Source of the DNA: Clostridium sp.
GTDB lineage: Bacteria; Bacillota; Clostridia; Clostridiales; Clostridiaceae
Assembly: GCA_017435645.1 (NCBI GenBank)
Contig: JAFSER010000006.1
Location: 19,679-83,678, forward strand
DNA length: 64,000 bases
Direction of reading: 5' to 3'
Shown: positions 27,724 to 36,773 of the stretch, piece after piece
Layout: every line of letters begins with the position of its first letter
Position numbering within the stretch: the first letter of the stretch is position 1
Notes under the pieces: generated by a model
What the model was told of the DNA's origin: nothing
Database searches by the model: none
Seen by the model: only the letters and a program-made list of their open reading frames with translations
Made by a program: the position numbers and the translations under genes

Positions 27724-29040
27724 TTAAAGTTTGTATATTTTTTCTCTATTATTAACAACATTCTTTGTTGCATTTCTTGTATCGTAAATTACTTTTGCTC
27801 TATTTACAATTTCTTCATAATCATAAACGCTATGACCTGTAGTTATAACTACTATATCAGCTTCATCTATTACTTCTTTCCAGTCTGTTGAATAATAAGT
27901 CTTTTCTTTGTATTTAGCTGTAGCACAGAATGGATCATTAACTATAACTTCTGCACCATTCTTTTCTAATAATTCTATTACTTTAAATGATGGTGATTCT
28001 CTATAGTCGTCTATATCATTCTTATATGCTAATCCCATAACTAAAACCTTTGAACCATTTAAAGCCTTCTTTTCTTTGTTTAGTATCTTCATTATATTAT
28101 CTAAAACAAAGTCTGGCATAGAATCATTTATCATACCTGAAGTTTCTATAAGTTGTGTATGATAATCATACTCCTTAGCTTTCCATTCTAAGTAGAAAGG
28201 ATCTAATGGGATACAGTGTCCACCAAGTCCTGGACCTGGATAGAATGGCATAAATCCATATGGTTTAGTTTTAGCTGCATCTATAACTTCCCATACATCT
28301 ATTCCCATTCTATTACAAAGAATAGCCATTTCATTTGCTAAACCTATATTTATATTTCTAAAAGTATTTTCAAGAATCTTTTCCATTTCAGCTACTGCTG
28401 GTGAAGAAACTCTATGTATTTCTCCTTCTAATACATTTTCATATAATGCTGCTGCGATTTCTGTACAATCTTCAGTACATCCACCTACAACCTTTGGAGT
28501 ATTTTTAGTATTATAATGCTTATTACCTGGATCTACTCTTTCTGGTGAGAATGCTAAGAAGAAATCTTCTCCACATTTTAATCCACTCTTTTCAAGTATT
28601 GGCTTTAATACTTCTTCTGTTGTTCCTGGATATGTAGTACTTTCAAGTATTACAATCATACCTTTATGAAGATATTTAGCAACATTTTCTGTTGATTTTA
28701 CTACATAAGATAAATCTGGTTGCTTATATAAATCAAGTGGAGTTGGAACACAAATACATACTGTATCTACATCATTTATAAAGCTAAAATCAGTAGTTGC
28801 TCTTAATGTTCCCTTTTGTGTTAATTCACTTAATTCTGAATCAACAACGTCTCCAATATAATTTTCTCCTCTGTTTACCATATCAACCTTTTGATTTTGA
28901 ACATCAAAACCAATAGTTTCATATCCTGCTTTGGCCTTTTCTACTGCTAATGGTAATCCTACATATCCTAATCCAACTACACCAACTTTTGCAGTTTTAT
29001 TATTAATTTTATTTAATAATTCATTTTTTAAAACTGACAT
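27724..29040 (-). CDS. Nucleotide-sugar dehydrogenase (UDP-GlcNAc 6-dehydrogenase, WbpA-like)
   Basis: Motifs GLGYVGLPLA, CVPTPL, ESTTYPGTT, FSPERVDPGN, TKPYGFMPFYPGPGLGGHCIPLDPFYL. Confidence 0.88.
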   Translation of the reverse strand: MSVLKNELLNKINNKTAKVGVVGLGYVGLPLAVEKAKAGYETIGFDVQNQKVDMVNRGENYIGDVVDSELSELTQKGTLRATTDFSFINDVDTVCICVPTPLDLYKQPDLSYVVKSTENVAKYLHKGMIVILESTTYPGTTEEVLKPILEKSGLKCGEDFFLAFSPERVDPGNKHYNTKNTPKVVGGCTEDCTEIAAALYENVLEGEIHRVSSPAVAEMEKILENTFRNINIGLANEMAILCNRMGIDVWEVIDAAKTKPYGFMPFYPGPGLGGHCIPLDPFYLEWKAKEYDYHTQLIETSGMINDSMPDFVLDNIMKILNKEKKALNGSKVLVMGLAYKNDIDDYRESPSFKVIELLEKNGAEVIVNDPFCATAKYKEKTYYSTDWKEVIDEADIVVITTGHSVYDYEEIVNRAKVIYDTRNATKNVVNNREKIYKL

Positions 29041-29070
29041 TATTCGTCCTCCTATGACTAATAAAATACT

Positions 29071-30249
29071 CTATTTTATTTTGCTTATAATATATTCAAC
29101 TTGTTCATTTGTTAATTCCGGATAAACTGGAATAGCAAAAGTTCTATGTGATAAATACTCTGCTACTGGCATATCGCCTTCTTTATAACCTAAATTAGTA
29201 TAGCATTTTTGAAGATGTAATGGTACTGGATAATATACTCCAGTAGCAATTCCAGCTTCTTTTAATTTTGCAATAACTTCTTCTCTATTTTCAGATTGTA
29301 ATATGTACATATGATATACATGCTCTACGTAATCTCTTGATACCGGAGTTACTAAATTACTATTCTGTAATGCTTCATTATAAGCTTTTACTATCTCTCT
29401 TCTTCTTGAATTCCATTTATCTATTTCTTTTATTTTTATATTTAATATTGCTGCTTGAATAGCATCTAACCTTGTATTATATCCTATTAAGTAGTTGTAA
29501 TATTTAAGAGGATTGTATACTGTATCATTTGCATCTTCAGCCTTCTTAACTTCCTCTTCTATATTATTAATTAAATTATATGCTTTTTGCCCATTTTCTC
29601 CACTTCCATGAGTTCTAAGAGCTCTAGCTATAATAGCTATTTCATCATTATCTGTAACTATTATTCCACCATCGCCTGCACATCCTAGGTTCTTTGTTGG
29701 GAAGAATGAAAAACAAGCTACATCTCCTAGTGATCCTATTTTTCTATCTTTATATTTTCCTCCTATAGCTTGACAAGCATCTTCTATTACCATTAAATTA
29801 TGTTTCTTAGCTATTTCATTTATTTCATCCATATCCGCACTTTGACCGAATATATGAACTGGCATAATAGCCTTAGTTTTTGATGTTATTTTTTCTTCTA
29901 TTTTAGTTACATCTATATTGAAAGTTTCCTTATTAACATCTACAAATACTGGAGTTGCTCCTACTGCTGATATTGCTTCAGCTGTTGCAAAAAAAGTAAA
30001 TGGAGTAGTTATAACTTCATCTCCCTCACCTATTCTCATAGCCTTTAAAGCTAATACTAAGGCATCAGTTCCATTTCCAACTGATATAGCATGTTTAACC
30101 CCTATATAATTTGCAAATTCTTTTTCAAAATCTAATACTGTTTTGCCCATTATATAATTAGCTGATGATAAAACTTCTAAAGTAGCTTTATTTAATTCAT
30201 CTGCTAATGATTCATATTGAGCTTTTAAATCTATTAAAGGTATATTCAT
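29071..30249 (-). CDS. DegT/DnrJ/EryC1 PLP-dependent sugar aminotransferase (WbpE-like)
   Basis: Motifs IPLIDLKAQY, NGTDAL, TPFTFFATAE, EDACQA, SFFPTKNLG..GDGG, GYNTRLDAIQAA, YYPVPLHLQ. Confidence 0.92.
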   Translation of the reverse strand: MNIPLIDLKAQYESLADELNKATLEVLSSANYIMGKTVLDFEKEFANYIGVKHAISVGNGTDALVLALKAMRIGEGDEVITTPFTFFATAEAISAVGATPVFVDVNKETFNIDVTKIEEKITSKTKAIMPVHIFGQSADMDEINEIAKKHNLMVIEDACQAIGGKYKDRKIGSLGDVACFSFFPTKNLGCAGDGGIIVTDNDEIAIIARALRTHGSGENGQKAYNLINNIEEEVKKAEDANDTVYNPLKYYNYLIGYNTRLDAIQAAILNIKIKEIDKWNSRRREIVKAYNEALQNSNLVTPVSRDYVEHVYHMYILQSENREEVIAKLKEAGIATGVYYPVPLHLQKCYTNLGYKEGDMPVAEYLSHRTFAIPVYPELTNEQVEYIISKIK

Positions 30250-30398
30250 AGTTATACGCTCCTTTTTCTTATTTGTATAAAACTAACATTAATATTTTAC
30301 CACAATTATTAATATATACAAACTTTTTTAATTTAAATTATTTGCCTATTAAGTAAGAAAATATTATTAATATAATAAGGTTTCCTAGAATTATTTTT

Positions 30399-30421
30399 TA
30401 GGCTGTCTTATTGACAGCCTA
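30399..30421 (-). terminator. Hairpin terminator
   Basis: TAGGCTGTC-TTATT-GACAGCCTA. Confidence 0.6.
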
Positions 30422-30448
30422 GGTATATTTTATATAAATCCAATAAAT

Positions 30449-31636
30449 TTATCCATTAATTTCTTTAACTAATTTTACTACATTATTGGCAATGTACTCT
30501 GCATCTTCTAATGATAGTTTACTATAAACTGGTAGTGATATTTCATTAGAATATTGAGCATATGCATTTGGATAATCTTCTATTTTATATCCTAAGTTTT
30601 TATATAAAGTAAACATAGGTAATGGCTTAAAATGAACATTTGTAGATATTCCATTCTCTGCTAATCTTTGAATAAGTAAATTTCTTTTCTCTTCATTAAA
30701 ACCTTTTATTCTTAATGCGTATACATGGTATGAAGTTTCTGTTCCTTCACCGTATTCAGTCATAGGTATAATAGCAAAGTCTTCTTTCTCTAGTATTTCT
30801 GTATATGTTTCAAATATTCTCTTTCTATGCTTTAGCATATCTTCATATCTAGTTAATTGTGCTCTACCTATAGCAGCATTTATATCTGTCATATTACATT
30901 TGAATCCATCTGTAACTATATCATACTCCCAGGCTCCAGCTTTCATTTTTGATAATGCATCTTTAGACTGACCATGTAATGCTGTAAACTTAAAATCTTG
31001 ATAAATATTTTCTCTTCCATCAAAATTATTATCATTATATGTTATAGCTCCACCTTCTGCAGTTGTAAAGTTTTTAACTGCATGGAATGAAAACGCATGG
31101 AAATCTCCTTGAGCTCCAACTCTTTTCCCTTTATATGTTGCTCCAAAAGAATGAGCTGAATCAACTAAAATAATAATATCTTCTCTATTTATTTCTTTTA
31201 ATATTTCCTTTATTTTATCATAATCACAAGGCAAACCTGCAAAATCTACTGGCATTATCACCTTAGTCTTTTCAGTTATTAATCCCTTTAACTTATCATA
31301 ATCCATAAAAAATGAATCCTTAGCTAAATCACAAAATACAGGTTTTATTCCTCTATGGAGTGATACACTAGCTGTTGCTGTATATGTATATGGAGTTGTT
31401 ATTACTTCATCTCCTTCTTTTATATCAAGAACTTTAAGCACTAACTCCATTGCTGCTGTTGCACTATTTAAGCCTACAGCCTTATTAGCCTCACAATACT
31501 CTGCAAGCTCTTCTTCAAACTTAGCTAATGTTGGTCCTGAAGTAATCCAACCTGACTTTAGAACTTCTATTACTGCATTAATTTCTGATTCGCTTATATC
31601 TGGTGGTGAAAATGGTATAATCTTCGCTTTCTCCAT
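30449..31636 (-). CDS. DegT/DnrJ-family sugar aminotransferase (ArnB/SpsC-like subgroup)
   Basis: Motifs IPFSPPDI, SGWITSGP, NSATAA, DSAHSFGA, SFHAVKNFTTAEGG, KCNMTDI. Likely ATG at 31636 (track GTG 31654). Confidence 0.9.
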   Translation of the reverse strand: MEKAKIIPFSPPDISESEINAVIEVLKSGWITSGPTLAKFEEELAEYCEANKAVGLNSATAAMELVLKVLDIKEGDEVITTPYTYTATASVSLHRGIKPVFCDLAKDSFFMDYDKLKGLITEKTKVIMPVDFAGLPCDYDKIKEILKEINREDIIILVDSAHSFGATYKGKRVGAQGDFHAFSFHAVKNFTTAEGGAITYNDNNFDGRENIYQDFKFTALHGQSKDALSKMKAGAWEYDIVTDGFKCNMTDINAAIGRAQLTRYEDMLKHRKRIFETYTEILEKEDFAIIPMTEYGEGTETSYHVYALRIKGFNEEKRNLLIQRLAENGISTNVHFKPLPMFTLYKNLGYKIEDYPNAYAQYSNEISLPVYSKLSLEDAEYIANNVVKLVKEING

Positions 31637-31768
31637 TGTTTTCAATCCTTTCACAATCTTTTAACTATATTAAATTATATATTTATAGATATTAAAGTTC
31701 AATAATCATTTGTGAATTTAAAATTAATAATTATATAGTATTTTACTTGATATTATAATTTAACATAT

Positions 31769-31803
31769 AAAAAAGCTACGGATTATAACTCCATAGCTTT
31801 TTT
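31769..31803 (-). terminator. Intrinsic terminator
   Basis: AAAAAAGCTACGGA...TCCATAGCTTTTTT immediately after the stop codon at 31807. Confidence 0.8.
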
Positions 31804-31806
31804 CTT

Positions 31807-34803
31807 TTATTGTGTTCTACTTAATAAGTCTTTTAAATTATTAACTGCTACACTAGAAACTACTCCTCCAACTTGTACTATCTTATTAGTAGTTTTTTCT
31901 TTTAACACAGATTTTTGTGTGCTAGTTAAATCATATCCTGTTAATACTACTGGGGAATTGCTAAGTGCTGCAACTGGTCCTGCTGTTAATGCATCTATTA
32001 AAGTCCCACCTTCAGTAACATAAACCTTTTCTATTACATCACCATAAAACTTTTCTATAACCTTAGCATTAGTTTCGTATCTTGTTGCTCCACCCAATCT
32101 ATTTCCAGATATATTTTGCTTAGTAATTGAATTTATACTATTTAATACTGTATTGCTTACAACACCTGTTCCACCTACAATATATGCATTATTTAAGCTT
32201 TCGCCTTTAAGAAAACTATATACACTTGATGGTATGCTGTTATTATTAACTAACAATATAGGCATTTTTTCTCTGCCTGAAACTGGTGATATTGAAAGAG
32301 CATCTGCTTCTCCATAACCATAGGCTATTATTATATTTGAAACATCATACATATTTTTATCTATATACTTAGCTACACTTAAAGCTGTTTCATATCTTGT
32401 TGCTCCACCTAATCTTGTTATTTTAGTTATTCCTAGACTCTTTAATTGTGTTTCAATACTTTTACTAACTACACCTGTTCCACCAATAATTATTACGTCT
32501 TTAGCTCCAAGTCTCTTTATTTCTTGTTTAGTTGCTTCTGGAATCTCACTAGTTTTTACTAATAAAATTGGTGCTTCATAATATGATGCTATTGGTGTTG
32601 CTGTTAATCCATCTGCTAATGCTCCACCATTAGCAATTACTACAGTTTCTGATGAATCAAATGAACTTTTACTTAATTCTACAGCTGTTTTATATCTATC
32701 TGATCCATATTCCTTTTCTACTTGTGGTATATATGAATTAATTAATTTTATATTGCTAGCCTTTATATATCCTTTTGTATTCCAATCATAATTTCCACTG
32801 AATTTATTCTTTTCTCCACCACTTCCTACAGCAGTAGTTCTTTCAGGATATATTTCATAACACTCACTTCCACTTATAGTAACCTTCTGAAGATCAGATA
32901 TTACAAATGGTGTATTAGTATATGCTGCATATTGATTCTTATTGCTAGTTACATTATAAAGTAAACTTCCATTTTTAGTTACAACTGTATTATTTGTAGT
33001 AGCCATTCCTATTTGATTAGAATTAGTATCCTTTAAATTTGAATTCCCATTTGAAAGATACTTATCTATTTCATAGGCATAAGCTGCTGCTTTCTCTCCC
33101 CAGTATGGATCTGATGCATACTTTACATTTGCTCCGCCATCCTTATTTCCTAAATATCCTCCATAGTATCTCCAATCAGCTGGATCTGCATATCCTCTTG
33201 AAATATAGTTTTTTGCAAAATCTACAACTGAATCTGTTGGAGTAGCAAAAGATGATGCTGATTCTCCTGGTGAAGCATCATAAGCCTGTAATCCAAATAG
33301 GTTATTTTTAGATTTAGCTATTTCTGAATTACCATATCCTGATTCATTTATAGCTATTCCTAAAGCTAATATAGCATTTACTCCATATTTTGTTTCTACA
33401 TCCTTAAATGCTTGTCCTAAATTATATAATTTAGATGACTTCCCTATACTAGAATGATTGTTTAGATAACTATTTAAATTTGATGCAGAGTAAACAGTTT
33501 TGCTTCTAAATGGTAGATATAAATAGTATAAGTAATATGGATTACTACTATTTATAGAATTTTTTCTAACTCCTGCCTTATAATCATTAATAAGTGTATT
33601 TAAAGCATTAGTTATACTTGTTTGTTTTGTATGGTCATATTTATAAAAATACTGTCCATCATAACTTAAATATCTAACACCTTCACTTAAATATGTTGGA
33701 GCCTTTCCTAACACCTTGCTATATCCAGTATTACCAACTAAATCATAACTAATAAAGTGTACTAGCTCTCCATTTTTAACTGTATAGTAACTTGGATTTT
33801 TAGCTTGGTTAAGTGGCACAACTACCATATCATATGTTCCTGAAGCTGAATTATTGTTTAACCAACCTGTTACTCCACTTATCATAACCTTTGCTGATGT
33901 ACCAGACATATCTAATATAGGTGCATCATCCATATAGCCTTGGTTAACATAAGTTATAGCATTTGTTCTAGCTGCATCACTATAAATATTTACATTTCCT
34001 GCTGTATATTTAGAATCTACATATCTAAGCACTCTAGCCATTTGATTAGTTGAATAAACTACTTTACCACTTGCATTTATTACTGCTGGTTGTTGTGATT
34101 CTTCTAGCGCATCTACTGAAATACTATTAGCTGCATTTATTGCAATATTAATATCATTATATGAATCTAAAAATTCATAACTTCCATCTGCATTTGCAAT
34201 TGTTAATTCATAGTTATCTTTAGTCATTGGTACTAATACCTCTAAATTTTCAACTGCTTCTGCCTTTAACCTGAACTCTTCTCTTTCATATTCTTCTTGA
34301 GAGTCTATTTTTGAAGAATATAAACCATAAGTTGCTAAAGAATTGTTTTCTTCCTTAACCTTTGTATATGTATTTCCTCTTAACTTAGAATTATCTTCTG
34401 TAGATTCATCTGTCTCTTCATTATCTGTATTACTACTTTTTTCTGAATCTTTTTCTGTTATGCTTATAATAGAATCGTCTTGAGAATCTTCTTCAACTTT
34501 ATTGTCAATTACTAAAGCTTCTTCTTCAGCTGCACTTTCTTCTGAATTACTATTTTCTACAGCGTCATCATTAATATTATCATTAACTTCCTCATTAATA
34601 CTATTATTAGCTTCATTTTCTTCTACATTTTCATCTTGAGAATAATTTGCATCTATTACTATATCTGTTGTTTCGTTTATTGTACTTTCTTTAATAATTT
34701 GACTTTTATTATTTGACATAGCTTGTACATTTACATTAGGTATAATAAATGCAATTAACAATATTTGCGCCACTATCCTTTTTATTTTCTTTAATGACAC
34801 CAT
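31807..34803 (-). CDS. Secreted N-acetylglucosaminidase (GH73-like) with three C-terminal cell-wall-binding-2 (CWB2) repeats
   Basis: Signal peptide and acidic linker. Glucosaminidase motifs YGVNA..IAINESGYG..KNNLFG, YASDPYWGEK. Three repeats GxxRYxTxx...D[AG]L...P[IV][LV]L. Likely ATG at 34803 after GGAGG (track start 34821). Confidence 0.88.
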   Translation of the reverse strand: MVSLKKIKRIVAQILLIAFIIPNVNVQAMSNNKSQIIKESTINETTDIVIDANYSQDENVEENEANNSINEEVNDNINDDAVENSNSEESAAEEEALVIDNKVEEDSQDDSIISITEKDSEKSSNTDNEETDESTEDNSKLRGNTYTKVKEENNSLATYGLYSSKIDSQEEYEREEFRLKAEAVENLEVLVPMTKDNYELTIANADGSYEFLDSYNDINIAINAANSISVDALEESQQPAVINASGKVVYSTNQMARVLRYVDSKYTAGNVNIYSDAARTNAITYVNQGYMDDAPILDMSGTSAKVMISGVTGWLNNNSASGTYDMVVVPLNQAKNPSYYTVKNGELVHFISYDLVGNTGYSKVLGKAPTYLSEGVRYLSYDGQYFYKYDHTKQTSITNALNTLINDYKAGVRKNSINSSNPYYLYYLYLPFRSKTVYSASNLNSYLNNHSSIGKSSKLYNLGQAFKDVETKYGVNAILALGIAINESGYGNSEIAKSKNNLFGLQAYDASPGESASSFATPTDSVVDFAKNYISRGYADPADWRYYGGYLGNKDGGANVKYASDPYWGEKAAAYAYEIDKYLSNGNSNLKDTNSNQIGMATTNNTVVTKNGSLLYNVTSNKNQYAAYTNTPFVISDLQKVTISGSECYEIYPERTTAVGSGGEKNKFSGNYDWNTKGYIKASNIKLINSYIPQVEKEYGSDRYKTAVELSKSSFDSSETVVIANGGALADGLTATPIASYYEAPILLVKTSEIPEATKQEIKRLGAKDVIIIGGTGVVSKSIETQLKSLGITKITRLGGATRYETALSVAKYIDKNMYDVSNIIIAYGYGEADALSISPVSGREKMPILLVNNNSIPSSVYSFLKGESLNNAYIVGGTGVVSNTVLNSINSITKQNISGNRLGGATRYETNAKVIEKFYGDVIEKVYVTEGGTLIDALTAGPVAALSNSPVVLTGYDLTSTQKSVLKEKTTNKIVQVGGVVSSVAVNNLKDLLSRTQ

Positions 34804-34941
34804 TACACCTCCTTCTTCCATTATAGATTAGCAATTTCTCCTTTTTATTTCAACCTTTTTTCTTTCAAAATACCAGTTTGTATATTTTTTAATAATTTTT
34901 TAATATTTTTAAATATTTTTATTTTTGAAATATTTCGAAAA

Positions 34942-34963
34942 AGACTACCATATTCGGTAGTCT
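34942..34963 (-). terminator. Terminator after prfC
   Basis: AGACTACC-loop-GGTAGTCT followed by a T-run on the minus strand. Confidence 0.75.
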
Positions 34964-34970
34964 AATTATA

Positions 34971-36566
34971 TTACTCTTCACTTTTGCCAACACCTGAAAG
35001 TATTAAACCTTTATTATGATCTAAAGCCCAGTTAATACCCCAGTCATTTTGGAATATAAGAATATTTCTGTCTTTAAAGTCCTTAACTCTCTTAGCATCA
35101 GATGTTAAGTTTAACTTATCCATATCTATATCTTTATTTTCTATCCATCTTACATATCTAAATGGAAGTCTATCCATCTTTATGTCAACATTATATTCAT
35201 TTTTTAATCTATACTCTAAAACTTCAAATTGAAGTACCCCAACAACTCCAACTATTATTTCTTCCATACCAACAAATGATTCTCTAAATACTTGGATTGC
35301 TCCTTCTTGTGCTATTTGAGTAACTCCTTTTACAAATTGCTTTCTCTTCATAGTATCTACTGGTCTAACTCTAGCAAAGTGTTCTGGTGCGAAAGTAGGA
35401 ATACCTTCAAATTTGAATTTCTTTGATGCTGAGCATAGAGTATCTCCAATTGAGAATATACCTGGATCAAATACCCCAATTATATCTCCTGCATATGCTT
35501 CTTCTACTATTTCTCTATCTTGAGCCATAAATTGTTGTGGCTGAGAAAGTTTAATCTTCTTACCACCTTGCATATGATATACATCTGCACCTTTTTCGAA
35601 TTTTCCTGAACAAATTCTCATAAAGGCAATTCTATCTCTATGAGCTTTATTCATATTTGCTTGAATCTTAAATACAAATGCAGAGAAGTTTTTATCAAAT
35701 GGATCTATTTCTCCAACATTTGATTGCCTTGGAAGTGGTGCTGTAGTCATATCTAAGAAGTGCTCTAAGAATGGCTCTACACCGAAGTTAGTTAAAGCTG
35801 ATCCAAAGAATACTGGCGTTAATTCTCCAGTTCTAACTTTTTCTAAATCTAATTCATCTCCAGCTATATCTAGAAGCTCTATATCCTCCATTAATTTATC
35901 ATGAAGAGCCTCTCCTAAGATTTCTCTAAATCTCGGATCATCTACTGCACCTTCAACAGCGTCTACTGCACTTTGTCCGTGATTTCCAGCAGAGAAAGCA
36001 ATGATTCTGTTATTATCTCTTTCATAAACTCCTTTGAACTCTTTACCTGAACCTATTGGCCAGTTCATTGGGTATGTTTTTATTCCAAGCTCATTTTCTA
36101 TTTCTTCTAATAATTCAAATGGATCTTTAGCTTCTCTATCCATCTTATTTACAAATGTAAATATAGGCATTTCTCTTAATGATGCAACATGAAATAGCTT
36201 TCTTGTTTGATCCTCTATACCTTTTGCCCCATCTACAACCATAACTGCACTATCAGCAGCCATAAGTGTTCTATAAGTATCTTCTGAGAAGTCTTGGTGA
36301 CCTGGCGTATCTAATATATTTATACAATGTCCTCTATAATTAAATTGCATAACTGATGAAGTAACCGAAATACCTCTTTGCTTTTCTATTTCCATCCAGT
36401 CAGATACTGCATGAGTTGAAGCCTTTCTTGCTTTAACTGAACCTGCTAATCTAATTGCTCCACCATATAATAAGAACTTTTCTGTTAATGTTGTTTTACC
36501 AGCATCTGGGTGAGATATAATAGCAAAGGTTCTTCTTTTTTCTATTTCTCTTATATAATCTGCCAT
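34971..36566 (-). CDS. prfC: Peptide chain release factor 3
   Basis: Motifs RRTFAIISHPDAGKTTLTEK, SDWMEIEKQRGISV, DTPGHQDFSEDTYR, HRDRIAF, VGVLQFEV. Confidence 0.98.
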   Translation of the reverse strand: MADYIREIEKRRTFAIISHPDAGKTTLTEKFLLYGGAIRLAGSVKARKASTHAVSDWMEIEKQRGISVTSSVMQFNYRGHCINILDTPGHQDFSEDTYRTLMAADSAVMVVDGAKGIEDQTRKLFHVASLREMPIFTFVNKMDREAKDPFELLEEIENELGIKTYPMNWPIGSGKEFKGVYERDNNRIIAFSAGNHGQSAVDAVEGAVDDPRFREILGEALHDKLMEDIELLDIAGDELDLEKVRTGELTPVFFGSALTNFGVEPFLEHFLDMTTAPLPRQSNVGEIDPFDKNFSAFVFKIQANMNKAHRDRIAFMRICSGKFEKGADVYHMQGGKKIKLSQPQQFMAQDREIVEEAYAGDIIGVFDPGIFSIGDTLCSASKKFKFEGIPTFAPEHFARVRPVDTMKRKQFVKGVTQIAQEGAIQVFRESFVGMEEIIVGVVGVLQFEVLEYRLKNEYNVDIKMDRLPFRYVRWIENKDIDMDKLNLTSDAKRVKDFKDRNILIFQNDWGINWALDHNKGLILSGVGKSEE

Positions 36567-36680
36567 GGACTTTTCCTCCTTGAAATTTGTAGTAAATTTA
36601 CTTTAGTTAATCTCTATTTCTCTAGTAATCCATTATACTCTCGGATTAAAAAAAATACAAGATAATGTGCATTTTAAAAG

Positions 36681-36717
36681 AAAAGCTGACTTCCATAAAA
36701 TACAGAAATCAGCCTTT
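36681..36717 (-). terminator. Terminator after the GH101 gene
   Basis: AAAAGCTGACTTC...GAAATCAGCCTTT. Confidence 0.65.
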
Positions 36718-36773
36718 ATTATTCTCTTTTAAGTCTATATATTGATTCTAGTCATTACTAATACTAGCATATA

